Positions 36,582 through 36,658 of a stretch of DNA of 36,658 nucleotides are shown here, in pieces. How positions within the stretch are numbered: the first letter of the stretch is position 1; each line of letters begins with the position of its first letter. The DNA comes from Christensenellaceae bacterium (lineage in GTDB: Bacteria > Bacillota > Clostridia > Christensenellales > Aristaeellaceae). The position numbers and the translations under genes are program-made. A model generated the notes under the pieces. That model was not told where the DNA came from. It worked only from the letters and a program-made list of their open reading frames with translations, and did not search any database. Where the stretch lies: assembly GCA_012797085.1 (NCBI GenBank), contig JAAZPT010000365.1:1-36658 (forward strand), in the 5' to 3' direction.

Positions 36582-36608
36582 GCCTGCCAAGCATAATACT
36601 TGGCAGGC
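36582..36608 (-). other. GC-rich intercistronic stem-loop upstream of the first permease gene
   Basis: GCCTGCCAAG, a 7-nt loop, then CTTGGCAGGC (10-bp perfect stem). No T-run follows on the minus strand. It lies between a 9-codon ORF tail at the window edge (stop at 36630-36632) and the permease start. Confidence 0.5.
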
Positions 36609-36658
36609 TTATAAGTTTAGTTTTCTTGATTAATTTCCTTCAAGGGTCATCATTTTAA

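Noticed and set aside
36630-36658. Tail of a minus-strand ORF at the window edge (…KMMTLEGN*), possibly the substrate-binding protein gene of the sugar ABC operon.
   Set aside because: Only 9 codons are visible, which is far too little to call a product or even to be sure it is coding.
1-36658. Whole-window check for CRISPR arrays, tRNA/rRNA genes, IS elements, integrases, toxin-antitoxin pairs and named phage-defence systems.
   Set aside because: I found no regularly spaced repeats, no T-loop/acceptor-like GC-rich segments, no DDE or tyrosine/serine recombinase motifs, and no small two-gene TA-like pairs. AddA is a repair enzyme, and here I see no partner genes that would make it part of a named defence system.

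Overview
Chromosomal segment from a low-GC, Gram-positive-type bacterium. I infer it is Clostridia-like from the SLH domain, hisZ plus short-form hisG, GGAGG ribosome-binding sites and AT-rich intergenic DNA. Left to right: (1) a MacB-type ABC efflux module of adaptor, ATPase and FtsX-family permease (84-3485). (2) An SLH-anchored 5'-nucleotidase (3605-5728). (3) A complete ten-gene histidine operon on the minus strand, hisZ-G-D-C-B-H-A-F-IE-K (5951-14173). (4) A mixed block of small accessory genes (14398-18711): SAM methyltransferase, alpha/beta hydrolase, permuted-papain C92-like protein, Cys-rich helical-repeat protein, and a Cys-less MGMT/ATL-like protein. (5) A 2.35-kb AT-rich insertion (18779-21276) carrying one zinc-ribbon/multi-TM/tandem-repeat protein, bracketed by 76-bp direct repeats that duplicate the 3' end of addA. 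(6) A monocistronic AddA-type helicase-nuclease with no adjacent addB (21208-25296). (7) An acyl-CoA synthetase. (8) A cassette of AraC regulator, DASS transporter and two-subunit Fe-S hydro-lyase of the tartrate/fumarate family (27289-31361). (9) An operon (31443-36590) in which two sugar-importer-type ABC permeases are tightly coupled to adaptor, divergent FtsX-like and hairpin-less adaptor genes, with no ATPase in view. I recognised no rRNA, tRNA, CRISPR array, transposase or integrase. The two items most worth follow-up are the importer-permease plus MFP/FtsX-like composite operon and the repeat-flanked cassette at the addA 3' end. Neither matches a system I can name. All function calls rest on motif recognition by eye, not on database searches.
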